Source: Dehalococcoidia bacterium (GTDB lineage Bacteria > Chloroflexota > Dehalococcoidia > Plut-88900). From it: a DNA stretch of 64,000 nt. A program made the position numbers and the translations under genes. Below, piece by piece: positions 8,948-18,890 of this stretch (the stretch's first letter is position 1; the number at the start of each line of letters is the position of its first letter). The DNA lies in NCBI GenBank assembly GCA_965197585.1, contig OZ240215.1:2240001-2304000 (forward strand), in the 5' to 3' direction. Under the pieces are notes generated by a model. It was not told the origin of the DNA, did no database searches, and was given only the letters and a program-made list of their open reading frames with translations.

Positions 8948-10111
8948 ATGGCCGAGCACAGAGACATCCCCTTTCCCGTCGAGGAGTACAGGACTCGTCT
9001 GGATTCAGTCCAGGAGCGGATGCGCTCCCGAGACATAGATATCCTTCTGGCCTACACCCCGGAGAACATCAACTACCTCACCGGCTACAACACCACCGGC
9101 TATTACGTATATCAGTGTCTACTCATCCCCGCCGACCGGGACCCGATCATGGTCACCCGTGAGCTGGAGACCGACAACGTCACTCTGGGAACATGGCTCG
9201 ACGACTACCGCATCTTCTCCGATACCGAAGACCCCGTGGTGACCACATGCAACGCCATCGCCGAGTTTGGCTACGCCGACAAGCGCGTCGGCTTCGAGTC
9301 AACTTCCTGGTTCCTCCAGCTCCGTGACTACCAGCAGACCGTCTCCCTCCTCCCAAGCGCCGAGATCAAGGACGGCGGCAACATCGTCGAAGAGAGCCGA
9401 GTTGTGAAGTCTCCCCTGGAAATTGAGGCTATCAGGGAAGCCTCTCGTATAGTAGCCAAGGGAATGCAGGCCGGCATCGACGCTGCGCGGCCCGGCGTCA
9501 CCGACAACTACGTCGCCGGTGAGCTCACCCGCACCCTCTACGCCGAGGGCAGCATCTACTTCGCTGGTCAGCCCTACGTCGCCTCGGGCAAACGCACGAG
9601 CCGGGGCCACATCACCTTCGCCAACGTCACCCTGGAGCCGGGCGACCCCGTCTTCTTCGAAATATCCGCCAACGTTAAGCGTTACAGCGCATCCCTCATG
9701 CGCACCATCTCCCTCGGCCCGCCTGACGACGAGGTCAAGCGAGTCGCCGAGGCCTCCATAGCCGGGGTTACCGCTGCCGTCGAGAACATGGGCCCCGGCA
9801 TGACCTCCCACGATGCCGACGCCTTCTGCCGCGACGCCATCACCAAGGCCGGATACGGCCACCTGTTTAACCACCGCACCGGCTATTCCATCGGCGTCGG
9901 ATACCCGCCGGGATGGGGCGAGGGCCATATCATGGACATCAAGCCCGACGACCAGCGCGTCCTAAAGCCGGGCATGACCTTCCACCTCACTCCCGCCCTT
10001 CTCATACCAGGCGTCGCGGGCCCCGGCTTCAGCGAAACCGTCCTAATCACCGACAACGGCGCTGAAACCCTAACCAGCTTCCCAAGGGAGTTCCTTGTCA
10101 AGCAGATCTAA
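8948..10111 (+). CDS. M24-family hydrolase (creatinase / ectoine-hydrolase-like)
   Basis: ENINYLTGY, RVVKSPLEI, HRTGYSIG, GFSETVLIT. Confidence 0.85.
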   Translation: MAEHRDIPFPVEEYRTRLDSVQERMRSRDIDILLAYTPENINYLTGYNTTGYYVYQCLLIPADRDPIMVTRELETDNVTLGTWLDDYRIFSDTEDPVVTTCNAIAEFGYADKRVGFESTSWFLQLRDYQQTVSLLPSAEIKDGGNIVEESRVVKSPLEIEAIREASRIVAKGMQAGIDAARPGVTDNYVAGELTRTLYAEGSIYFAGQPYVASGKRTSRGHITFANVTLEPGDPVFFEISANVKRYSASLMRTISLGPPDDEVKRVAEASIAGVTAAVENMGPGMTSHDADAFCRDAITKAGYGHLFNHRTGYSIGVGYPPGWGEGHIMDIKPDDQRVLKPGMTFHLTPALLIPGVAGPGFSETVLITDNGAETLTSFPREFLVKQI

Positions 10112-10141
10112 CCTTACTCTCATACCCCAGAACCCATCACT

Positions 10142-11092
10142 ATGACCTCCAAAAGGCGTATCGAATTCGCCTGTTTGGTCGGCGCTTCCAACATCTCCTG
10201 GCCTGAGTTCCGCCGCATGTGCGAGACCGTCGAGGACCTGGGCTTCGATCACCTTTGGGTTGCCGACGTTCTTACACCCGCCGACGCCGACTTATCGCAT
10301 GGCCCGGTCCTCGAATGCTGGAGCCTGCTCTCCGCCGCAGCCTCCTTCACCCGGAACATACCCATCGGACCTTTGGTTTGCGACAACACCTACCGGCACC
10401 CCGTCATGCTCGCCAAGATCGCAACTACCGTTGACATCATGAGTGAAGGCAGGCTCACCTACGGCATAGGGGCGGGCTGGGCCACGGAGGAACACCGAGC
10501 CTATGGCATTCCCTTCGATCGCATCGGCGCCCGCGTAGCCCAAATGGAAGAGGCCGTCCAGTTGACCAAGCTCCTGTGGCAGTCCCCCGACCCCGTAACC
10601 TTCCACGGACGCCATTACACCCTGGAAAACGCCCCTTTCAACCCCAAGCCAGTGCAGAAGCCCTACCCTCCCATCATGATCGCCGGCGGAGGCGAGAAGC
10701 TCACCCTCCGCGCCGTGGCCCGACACGCCGATCAGATGAACGTCTACGGCGACCCAGAGCTAGTTGCCCACAAATTCGACGTCCTACGCCAACACTGCCT
10801 CGACGCAGGCCGCAACTATGACGATATCAAGAAGACTGTCCTCGTCCAGTTCGTGCCTCCCGAGCGTCAGAAGGCCTGGGACGAGTTCGTCGCAAAGCTC
10901 GCCATCGATCAGCCCGACCTCCTCGCACGAGGCCAGAGCCAGGCCATGACCGGCGACGTAGACGATTGGCGCGAGTGGGTACAGACCCGTGCCGACCTCG
11001 GCGTCGACCAGGTTATCATCAACCTCTATACTCCCTACCTGTACGACGCAGTAGCTCGCTTCGCCAAAGAGGTAGTCCCCGCCTTCCACTAA
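10142..11092 (+). CDS. LLM-class oxidoreductase
   Basis: YRHPVMLAK, GRLTYGIGAGW; paralog of 7987. Confidence 0.92.
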   Translation: MTSKRRIEFACLVGASNISWPEFRRMCETVEDLGFDHLWVADVLTPADADLSHGPVLECWSLLSAAASFTRNIPIGPLVCDNTYRHPVMLAKIATTVDIMSEGRLTYGIGAGWATEEHRAYGIPFDRIGARVAQMEEAVQLTKLLWQSPDPVTFHGRHYTLENAPFNPKPVQKPYPPIMIAGGGEKLTLRAVARHADQMNVYGDPELVAHKFDVLRQHCLDAGRNYDDIKKTVLVQFVPPERQKAWDEFVAKLAIDQPDLLARGQSQAMTGDVDDWREWVQTRADLGVDQVIINLYTPYLYDAVARFAKEVVPAFH

Positions 11093-11110
11093 AATGACCT
11101 CCCTCTCCTT

Positions 11111-11134
11111 GTAGGGGCGACTGGCCGGTCGCCC
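11111..11134. repeat. GTAG-type REP
   Basis: GTAGGGGCGACTGGCCGGTCGCCC; sisters at 41023-41046, 48431-48454 and 23516-23555. Confidence 0.7.
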
Positions 11135-11153
11135 GTCCCAGCTGGAGCACAAT

Positions 11154-12083
11154 ATGACTAAAGTAAAGTTCGGCCCCATCTACACCCGCATCGAAGACCT
11201 CATGGGCCCCGTAGAACTCGCCGAGAAGGCCGAGTCCTGGGGCTACGACTCCTTCTGGGTCCCGGACTACGTCCTCAAGCCCCGCCTGGACGCCCTCATT
11301 GTCCTCGGCGCCGCGGCCCAACGCACCTCCACCATCCAACTCGGCACCGCCGTCATGGTCCTTCCCTACAAGGACCCTCTTCAACTCTCAAAGTCGGCCC
11401 TGTCAGTGGATGTGCTTTCCAACGGGAGGCTCCTCTTGGGCGTCGGCATCGGCGCCAACCCGAGGGAGTTTGACGTGATGGGACTCGACATCCGATACCG
11501 GGGCCGCGTCTCCGATGAGCGCCTGGACATCATGTCCCATATCCTGGATGGCGAGACCGTCACCCACCACGGCAAGTTCCACTCTTTCGAAAATGTCTCG
11601 ATCGGGCCTCCCGCCGTCAGCAAGCCCAGAATACCCATATGGGTGGGCGCGCACTGCGGTGACGGCTGGGCAGAGGGTGCACTTAGACGCACCGGCAAGT
11701 ACGGCGACGGATTCATCCCGACCGAGGCCACAATCGAGCAGTACAAAGACGCCATGGACCGCATCTCCCGATACGCAGAAGACGCGGGCCGAGACCCCTC
11801 CTCCATCGAATGGGGGATATTCATCTTCATAATCATGGAAGACTCCCGTGAGTACGCCGAACGCAAGGGATTTGCTGAGCTGGCTGACAGGCTTGACCGG
11901 GACTACCCGCTGGTTCACGGTCGGGCTGCTGCAGCCGGCACCGTCGACGAATGCATCGAAGCCATCCAGGCCTACGTCGACATCGGAGTCACCCACTTCA
12001 TCTTCGATTCCGCATCCCCCGCCGAAGAAATCGTCGAACAATACGAACGCGCCGCCAAGGAAATAGTCCCCCACTTCCGCTAG
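11154..12083 (+). CDS. LLM-class oxidoreductase
   Basis: LGTAV..LP, SNGRLLLGVGIG, IPIWVG. Confidence 0.92.
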   Translation: MTKVKFGPIYTRIEDLMGPVELAEKAESWGYDSFWVPDYVLKPRLDALIVLGAAAQRTSTIQLGTAVMVLPYKDPLQLSKSALSVDVLSNGRLLLGVGIGANPREFDVMGLDIRYRGRVSDERLDIMSHILDGETVTHHGKFHSFENVSIGPPAVSKPRIPIWVGAHCGDGWAEGALRRTGKYGDGFIPTEATIEQYKDAMDRISRYAEDAGRDPSSIEWGIFIFIIMEDSREYAERKGFAELADRLDRDYPLVHGRAAAAGTVDECIEAIQAYVDIGVTHFIFDSASPAEEIVEQYERAAKEIVPHFR

Positions 12084-12099
12084 CCACACCCAAATCCCT

Positions 12100-12192
12100 G
12101 TCATTCCGAGGCCCGCGAGGAATCTGGGGTGGGGTTCTGTCCCCCTCCCCTGTGGAGGGGCCGCTCGTGCTAGGCTCTCGAAGTATGAGCGC
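12100..12192. repeat. Composite REP-like repeat
   Basis: GTCATTCCGAGG..GAGGAATCT plus CCGCTCGTGC..TCGAAGTATGAGCG, the latter also at 32552-32605. Confidence 0.65.
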
Positions 12193-12238
12193 GGAGGGAA
12201 GTCACGTTTCCCCTCCCTCTACGAGCCGTACGTGCGCC

Positions 12239-13177
12239 TTAGGCCGGAGAGGGTGAAATCCCCCTCACCAAAGGCAGCACCTCACGCGCAAACCGCTCAT
12301 ACTGCTCCATCATCTGCTCCGGCACGACACCCGCATTCATCACAAAGTGCATAACCCCCGCATCGACGTACTCCTGTATCGCCTCAGCACAGTCCTCCGC
12401 GTTCCCCGACACATTCGCCTCCCCCCGAATCGTCGCCGTATGGCTCCGCCGACGGTTCGACTCCGCTTCCAGGGTCTTCCACGCCCACTCCCGGTCGTCG
12501 TCCAGGCAGAACCAGAGCACCGTCCCAAACTCCAGCGAGTCCGGGTCTCGGCCAAACCCTTTGGCGTAAGCGCGCACCTTGTTGCGTACTGCCCCGTATT
12601 CGGACACGGGAACAAGGGTCGGCACGAAGCCGTCCGCAAGTCTTCCCGCCCTTACGAGCGTCGATTCTACGAGTCCGTTTCTCCACAGTGGCCCCGTCCA
12701 AATCGGAGGGTGAGGACGTTGCACGGGTTCCGGCCCCACCACAACCCCATCCATCTGATGAAACTTGCCCCGGTGGGTCACACTCTCCTCCGAAAGCAGT
12801 CGTCGCAGCAAAGCCAGTTTCTCGTCAGCCATCGCTCCCCGTTGGTGAATGTCTAGCCCCATGGCGTCGAACTCTTCCTTGCGGCTCCCCACCCCCAACC
12901 CCAATATCAGCCGACCCTTCGATAGCGCGTCTACGGTGGCTACAGTCTTGGCAAGGGCGAGGGGATGCCGGTACGGAAGTACAATCACCGCCGTTGCCAA
13001 CAGAATGCGCTCCGTCTTCTGGGACGCCGCCGCCAGGAGAGTCATTGGGTCGGGAGTCGACCCCAGGGCGAAGTCCGTCACCCAAAAAGAGTCGTACCCA
13101 GACTTTTCTGCCCGGACCGCCATGTCTACGCCCTCGTTTGAGTCGTAGATGTGCGAATGCATTATCCCGAATTTCAT
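12239..13177 (-). CDS. LLM-class oxidoreductase
   Basis: MKFG start, YRHPLALAK, SKGRLILGLGVG. Confidence 0.9.
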   Translation of the reverse strand: MKFGIMHSHIYDSNEGVDMAVRAEKSGYDSFWVTDFALGSTPDPMTLLAAASQKTERILLATAVIVLPYRHPLALAKTVATVDALSKGRLILGLGVGSRKEEFDAMGLDIHQRGAMADEKLALLRRLLSEESVTHRGKFHQMDGVVVGPEPVQRPHPPIWTGPLWRNGLVESTLVRAGRLADGFVPTLVPVSEYGAVRNKVRAYAKGFGRDPDSLEFGTVLWFCLDDDREWAWKTLEAESNRRRSHTATIRGEANVSGNAEDCAEAIQEYVDAGVMHFVMNAGVVPEQMMEQYERFAREVLPLVRGISPSPA

Positions 13178-13386
13178 TTCTTCAATACCCCCACTTTGCA
13201 AAACCCCTCTTGCATGTCATCCCGAGGCCCTGTGAGGAATTTTGACAGCCTTCATTGGAAGGCTATACTCGCCTGGGTTGTGACACCATGCCGCCGAGTC
13301 CCGCCCCGTGCCGCCGCAGAGCCCTCTGTATCGCAAGTACCAGGGACTAACTTTATGTCTACCTGGTGGTCAGAACGGAAAAGCCG

Positions 13387-13587
13387 ATGCCTATATTCGT
13401 ATTCCTTGCGACATTCTTTGGGTGGATCTTTGCCGTCAGGCACCTGCTGTGGAGAGATAAAGAGAGGAAACTCACGGGCCCGAAGATGCACATGGTGACG
13501 AAGAGAGCCGAACTTGCCACAATAGGGCTAGGTCTATGTATTCTTGGTTTCGTCGTGCTACTTCTTTTCTTCGCCCGTAGTGGGTAG
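13387..13587 (+). CDS. Small two-TM hypothetical protein
   Basis: Two hydrophobic stretches, followed by a terminator hairpin. Confidence 0.35.
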   Translation: MPIFVFLATFFGWIFAVRHLLWRDKERKLTGPKMHMVTKRAELATIGLGLCILGFVVLLLFFARSG

Positions 13588-13604
13588 AACGGTAGATAAT
13601 TCCC

Positions 13605-13643
13605 AAAGGAAAGGGTTGGCACTATGCGCCAACCCTTTCCTTT
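13605..13643. terminator. Bidirectional intrinsic terminator
   Basis: AAAGGAAAGGGTTGGC / GCCAACCCTTTCCTTT between convergent genes. Confidence 0.7.
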
Positions 13644-13679
13644 TATTTGTTATTTCAGGTTGTAGTCGATGAACCTACC

Positions 13680-14843
13680 CTACAGCTTCGCCACAAACTT
13701 CCGTATCCCCTCCACGCCCTTCTCCAGGTTCTCCATGCTCGTAGCGAAGGAAATCCGTACGAATCCCTCTCCGTATTTCCCGAAGGAGATGCCCGGAAGC
13801 ACCGCCACTCCGTTCTCGTAGAGCAATCGGTCCCCGAACTGTTGCGCTGAAAGCCCGAGGTCCGAAACGTTGGGGAACAGGTAGAAAGCCCCCTCGGGCT
13901 TGAAGCACCGGATACCGTCTATCTCGTTCAGGGCGTCGCAGGTCATGTCCCGCCGTCTGCGGAACTCCGCGACCATCTCCTGGGGCTCTTCCTTGGAGCC
14001 TTCTAATGCCGCGACGCCCGCCTTCTGCACGAAGGCCGCCGTACAAGAGACGCTGTTCACCATCAGCTTCGAGATATGGGGCACTAGCTCCGACGGGAAC
14101 ACCCCGTACCCGAGCCTCCAACCGGTCATGGCGTAGGTCTTCGAAAAGCCGTCCAAGATTATGGAACGCTCCAGCATCCCCGGTAGCTCGGCAATACTCG
14201 TGTGAGTGCTGTCGTAGACTATGTCCCTGTACATCTCATCGGAGAGCACCAGGATATCGTTCTCCTTTGCCATTTCCGCAATGGCCTCTAAGTCCTCTTT
14301 GTCCATCATCCCGCCCGTCGGGTTGTGAGGCGAGTTCAGGATGATCAGCCGCGTACGGGAGGTTATGGATCGCCTCACTTCATCCAGGTCGGGCTTGAAC
14401 CCCTCTTCTTCGTACAGGCGCATGGGTACCGGCGTAGCCCCCGAGAATTTGATCATCGACTCGTAGATTGGGAACCCGGGGTTCGGGTAGATGACCTCAT
14501 CCCCTTCTTCCACGAGGGCCGTCAGGGTGTAGAACATTATCGGCTTTGCGCCCGGCGTGACGATTATCGAGTCCGGCGAAACTTCAATGCCCCGGGTCTC
14601 GGAAGTGTGCTTGGCAACCGCGGCACGGACGTCGGGAAGACCGGCGGCAGGGCCGTAGTGGGTAAACCCGCCGTCCAGCGCATCCTTTGCCGCGCCGATA
14701 ATGTGGTTGGGGGTGTCGAAATCTGGCTCTCCTAGTTCAAGGTGCACCACGTCGACTCCCGTGGCGGCAAGGGCGTTGGCTTTTACCAGGACCTCAAACG
14801 CGGTCTCGGTCCCCAGGTTGCTCATTCTAGAAGCCAGTTTCAT
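13680..14843 (-). CDS. PLP-dependent class I/II aminotransferase (aspartate aminotransferase-like)
   Basis: GEPDF, NSPHNPTG, DEMY, GFSKTYAMTGWRLG. Confidence 0.95.
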   Translation of the reverse strand: MKLASRMSNLGTETAFEVLVKANALAATGVDVVHLELGEPDFDTPNHIIGAAKDALDGGFTHYGPAAGLPDVRAAVAKHTSETRGIEVSPDSIIVTPGAKPIMFYTLTALVEEGDEVIYPNPGFPIYESMIKFSGATPVPMRLYEEEGFKPDLDEVRRSITSRTRLIILNSPHNPTGGMMDKEDLEAIAEMAKENDILVLSDEMYRDIVYDSTHTSIAELPGMLERSIILDGFSKTYAMTGWRLGYGVFPSELVPHISKLMVNSVSCTAAFVQKAGVAALEGSKEEPQEMVAEFRRRRDMTCDALNEIDGIRCFKPEGAFYLFPNVSDLGLSAQQFGDRLLYENGVAVLPGISFGKYGEGFVRISFATSMENLEKGVEGIRKFVAKL

Positions 14844-15098
14844 TTCAGATGCTCCTCCCAGGTCGCATTTGTCGTGGCTGACGGGTCACTGATTATATCA
14901 TGGTGCAGATTACATCCACCCCACCCACCGAGTCTTCGCCTCTATCCCCGTGGGGGAGGGTCCTCGTGCCCGCCATGGTCTTGTGGCAGGCGCAGCTTCA
15001 GCCTCCCCTCCGACGCACTAAAGGGGTGCATCCCCTGACATACACCCAGCCTTTCCGTTAAAATGACCCCCGAATCCCCACCCCGAAAGGGTCTTGCC

Positions 15099-16046
15099 AT
15101 GACCAACGTACAGTTCGGTCCCCTCTATACCACGATGGAGAAATACATCGGCCCGGTGGAGTTCGCCCAAAAGGCCGAGCAGTGGGGCTACGACTACTAC
15201 TGGGTCCCCGACTACGTGACCCTCAGCCCCATGGACGCCTTCGTTCTCCTCTCCGCCGTCGCCCAGAACACCACTACTCTCAGGCTGGGCACCGCCGTGG
15301 TAGTCGTCCCATTCAGGACGCCCTTCCAGCTAGCCAAGGCCTCGGCCACGGTGGACGTGCTGTCGGGTGGCCGGTTCACGCTGGGCGTCGGCATCGGGGG
15401 CGCCGTGCCCCGGGACTTCGATGTCGCTCAGGTCGACATGCGAAAGCGCGGCCGAATCTCCAACGAGACCCTGGACATCACACGAAGGCTCCTCAACGAA
15501 GAGAACGTCAGCCATCGGGGCCACTACTACTCCTTCGACGACCTTACTATGGAGCCGAGGCCCGTCCAGGAGTCAGGCATCCCCATCTGGATTGGGTCCA
15601 TCTGCAACAACGGATTTCCCAACGGCGTCATCGACCGGGCAGCTCGCTACGGAGATGGCTTCTACCCCGCCGACGCCTCCATCCCGGAGTTCCAGAAGGC
15701 CCAGGAGCGCATCAGGGCCCGCGCCGCCGAGATCGGTCGCGACCCTGACTCCATAAAGTGGGGACTCCTCGCCTGGACTTGCCCTGGAGGTTCGAAGGAG
15801 GAGGCCCGGCAGACCGCCAGCCGGGAGATCAGCAAGCGCCTCGAGTCCGAGTGGGACGTACAGGCAGAGAACGGCTATATCCTCGGCACGCCCGAGGAAA
15901 TGGCCGAGACGCTGCAACGCTACGTCGATATCGGCGTCACCAATTTCGTCATCGACCCTGCCTGTGCCCCCGCAGACATGCTCGAAATGTTTAAAGTCTT
16001 CGCCAAAGAGGTCATACCCCACTTCAGGACCGGAGACGATTCATGA
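15099..16046 (+). CDS. LLM-class oxidoreductase
   Basis: Paralog of 11154 and 17934; SGGRFTLGVGIG. Confidence 0.92.
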   Translation: MTNVQFGPLYTTMEKYIGPVEFAQKAEQWGYDYYWVPDYVTLSPMDAFVLLSAVAQNTTTLRLGTAVVVVPFRTPFQLAKASATVDVLSGGRFTLGVGIGGAVPRDFDVAQVDMRKRGRISNETLDITRRLLNEENVSHRGHYYSFDDLTMEPRPVQESGIPIWIGSICNNGFPNGVIDRAARYGDGFYPADASIPEFQKAQERIRARAAEIGRDPDSIKWGLLAWTCPGGSKEEARQTASREISKRLESEWDVQAENGYILGTPEEMAETLQRYVDIGVTNFVIDPACAPADMLEMFKVFAKEVIPHFRTGDDS

Positions 16047-16993
16047 GCCCCTTGGAATTCGGCGTCACCCTGTTCGACTCCAACGAGCGGAGCGCAATGC
16101 AGCAGGGAATCGACGCCGAGGCCTGGGGATATTCAATATTCTGGGCCCCCGAGTTCCTGGGCATCCCTACGATGGAGCCATTCGCCGTTCTTTCTGCCGT
16201 TGCCCAGCACACCAGGACCATTAAGCTCGGGACCGGAATCGCGGGCCTGGCCGTTCGAAGCCCCGTCCAGCTCGCCAAGGCAGCGGTGACCACGGACATC
16301 CTCTCCAACGGTCGGTTGGTCCTTGGACTGGGATTGGGGGGGCTCATCCCCATAGACCTGGAGGTCGAGAACATCCCCAATCTCCGGGAACGTGGCCGAG
16401 TCTCCAACGAACGCCTCGAAATCCTTTACCGTCTTTTCACTGAGCGTACCGTTTCCCATTCCGGCAATTACTACAATTTTGAGAACTTCACCCTCGGCCC
16501 CGACCCCGTACAGAAACCCCACGTCCCCATCTGGATCGGGGCCCGTTACCTGGGAAAGCTGACAGAGGCCGCCCTCAAGCGGGCCGGGACCTACGCCGAC
16601 GTATTCATCTTCCCCGCCGACACCCCCACCAGCTACTATCCCTACGCCCAAGATAAGATCCGCGCCTATGCCGAGGCCGCAGGCCGTGACCCCTGCGCAC
16701 TGCAATACGCCAGCACCATGTGGACGTGCCTCGGCTCCTCCCGGGAGCAGGCCACGGCGGTTGCCAACCGGATAATACCGGAGATGCTTAGCGTACCCTG
16801 GGTGGTCCCGGATAACGCCTGCTACGGCATGGGCACCCCGGAGGACTGCATAGAAACGGCCGAACAGTTTGCTGACCTGGGCGTCTCCCACATCCTAATG
16901 AATCCCTGCTGCGATTACGAAGAGGTTACTGCCCAGACCGAACAGTTCGGACGTGAAGTAAACTCCCATTTCAGATCGAGTGTTGCATCATGA
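16043..16993 (+). CDS. LLM-class oxidoreductase
   Basis: SNGRLVLGLGLG; ATGA overlaps on both sides. Confidence 0.92.
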   Translation: MSPLEFGVTLFDSNERSAMQQGIDAEAWGYSIFWAPEFLGIPTMEPFAVLSAVAQHTRTIKLGTGIAGLAVRSPVQLAKAAVTTDILSNGRLVLGLGLGGLIPIDLEVENIPNLRERGRVSNERLEILYRLFTERTVSHSGNYYNFENFTLGPDPVQKPHVPIWIGARYLGKLTEAALKRAGTYADVFIFPADTPTSYYPYAQDKIRAYAEAAGRDPCALQYASTMWTCLGSSREQATAVANRIIPEMLSVPWVVPDNACYGMGTPEDCIETAEQFADLGVSHILMNPCCDYEEVTAQTEQFGREVNSHFRSSVAS

Positions 16994-17934
16994 CCGTCAT
17001 GGAGTTCGGAGTCACACAAATCGGCGGCAATGAACGGAGCGCCGTTCAGCAGGGGATCGATGCCGAGGGCTGGGGCTACGCCATCTACTGGGCCCCCGAG
17101 TTCCTGGCCATTCCCACCCTGGAGCCCTTCGCCGTCCTCTCTGCCGCCGCTCAACACACCAAGACCATCAGGCTCGGCACGGGTGTTGCTGGCTTGGCTC
17201 TTCGTAGTCCCGTCCAGCTCGCGAAGGCCGCCGTAACCACTGACATCCTTTCCGATGGCCGGCTGGTTCTCGGCCTCGGGCTCGGAGGAGTCGTTCCCAA
17301 GGACCTGGAGGTCGAAGGAATCCCCAACCTCCGGGAGCGGGGCCGCGTCTCCAATGAACGACTCGATATCCTCTATCGCCTCTTCACCGAGAAGTCCGTC
17401 TCCCATTCCGGCGACTACTACAAGTTCGAGGACTTCACCCTATCCCCCGACCCCGTCCAGAAACCACACGTACCCATCTGGATCGGTGCCCGATGGACCG
17501 GCAAAATTGCCGACGCCGCCCTCAAGCGCGCCGGCACATACGCCAACGTCTTCATCTTTCCCGCCGACACCCCCACGAACTATTACCCCTACGCCAAGGA
17601 AAAGGTCCGCTCCTACGCAGAAGCCGCAGGCCGAGACCCCGACACCATTGGCTACGCCGGCACCATGTGGACCTGCCTTGGCCCCACACGCGAACAGGCA
17701 AAGGCCACTGCAAACCGGGTAATCCCCAAGATGCTCAGCGTTCCGTGGGTAGTTCAGGATAACGCCTGCTACGGCCTCGGCACCCCAGAGGACTGCATCG
17801 CAACCGCTGACCAGTTCGCCGACCTAGGCGTCTCCCACCTCATCCTAGCCCCCTGCTGCGACCCCGAAGAGACCACCGCCCAGACCGAACAATTCGGCCG
17901 CGAAGTGATCCCATATCTTAAAGGTGCTGACTAA
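16990..17934 (+). CDS. LLM-class oxidoreductase (close tandem paralog of 16043)
   Basis: Long identical peptide blocks with 16043-16993. Confidence 0.92.
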   Translation: MTVMEFGVTQIGGNERSAVQQGIDAEGWGYAIYWAPEFLAIPTLEPFAVLSAAAQHTKTIRLGTGVAGLALRSPVQLAKAAVTTDILSDGRLVLGLGLGGVVPKDLEVEGIPNLRERGRVSNERLDILYRLFTEKSVSHSGDYYKFEDFTLSPDPVQKPHVPIWIGARWTGKIADAALKRAGTYANVFIFPADTPTNYYPYAKEKVRSYAEAAGRDPDTIGYAGTMWTCLGPTREQAKATANRVIPKMLSVPWVVQDNACYGLGTPEDCIATADQFADLGVSHLILAPCCDPEETTAQTEQFGREVIPYLKGAD

Positions 17935-18863
17935 TGAGTAAGCTACAGTTCGGCCCCCTCTTCTTCCCGACCAAAGAAGGTCCCGAGGCCCTTGAGCTAG
18001 CCCGGATGGCCGACGACCTCGGCTATGACTACTTCTGGGTCCCCGACTACGTGACCCTTCCCTACCTCGACGCCTTCGTCCTCCTCGCAGCCGCCGCCCG
18101 TGAAACCAAGAACGTCAGGCTCGGTACCGCCGTGACCCTCGCCCCCTTCCGCTCCCCCTTCCAGATGTTCAAGGACGCCGCCTCCGTGGACGTCCTCTCC
18201 GATGGTCGGCTGACCTTGGGCATAGGCATCGGCGCCGTGGCCCGTGACTTCGAAATAGCCCAGGTCGACTTCCGAAAGCGCGGTCGTATCTCCGATGAGT
18301 ACATCGACATCACCCGCAGACTCCTCGCCGGTGAGAACGTGGACTATGACGGTGAGTTCTACAGTTTCCGGGACCTCACGATGGGCCCTCGGCCCGTCCA
18401 GCAGCCCGTCCCTATCTGGATTGGCGCCAACGGCATGAACGGCTTCCCAAAGGGCGTGTTGCGAAGGGCAGGACGCCTCGGCGACGGCTTCTTCCCCACC
18501 GAGACCCCCGTCGAGACCTTTACTGAAGCCCAGGCCAGCATCCAGGAACACGCCGAGGCCGCAGGCCGGGACCCCGGCACTATCGGTTGGGGCCTCCTGA
18601 CCTGGAGCGCCCTCGCCAACAGCCGAGATGAAGGCATCAAGACCGCCGAAAGGGAAATCGGCGCCCGCCTCAACAAGGTCCACTCCGTCAACCCGGACGC
18701 AGGCTACGCCGTCGGGCGCCCAGAGGACATGATCGAGACCATTGAGTCCTTTGCCGCAATCGGCGTCACCAACTTCGTCATCGACCCCGGTTGCCACCCC
18801 CGAGACATCCGCACCCTCGTCGAGACCTTTGCCAAAGAGGTCATGCCCCACTTCCGTAAGTAG
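17934..18863 (+). CDS. LLM-class oxidoreductase
   Basis: WVPDYVTL, SDGRLTLGIGIG. Confidence 0.92.
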   Translation: MSKLQFGPLFFPTKEGPEALELARMADDLGYDYFWVPDYVTLPYLDAFVLLAAAARETKNVRLGTAVTLAPFRSPFQMFKDAASVDVLSDGRLTLGIGIGAVARDFEIAQVDFRKRGRISDEYIDITRRLLAGENVDYDGEFYSFRDLTMGPRPVQQPVPIWIGANGMNGFPKGVLRRAGRLGDGFFPTETPVETFTEAQASIQEHAEAAGRDPGTIGWGLLTWSALANSRDEGIKTAEREIGARLNKVHSVNPDAGYAVGRPEDMIETIESFAAIGVTNFVIDPGCHPRDIRTLVETFAKEVMPHFRK

Positions 18864-18890
18864 CCGACGGTTCAAGCCGAGGAGACTGAC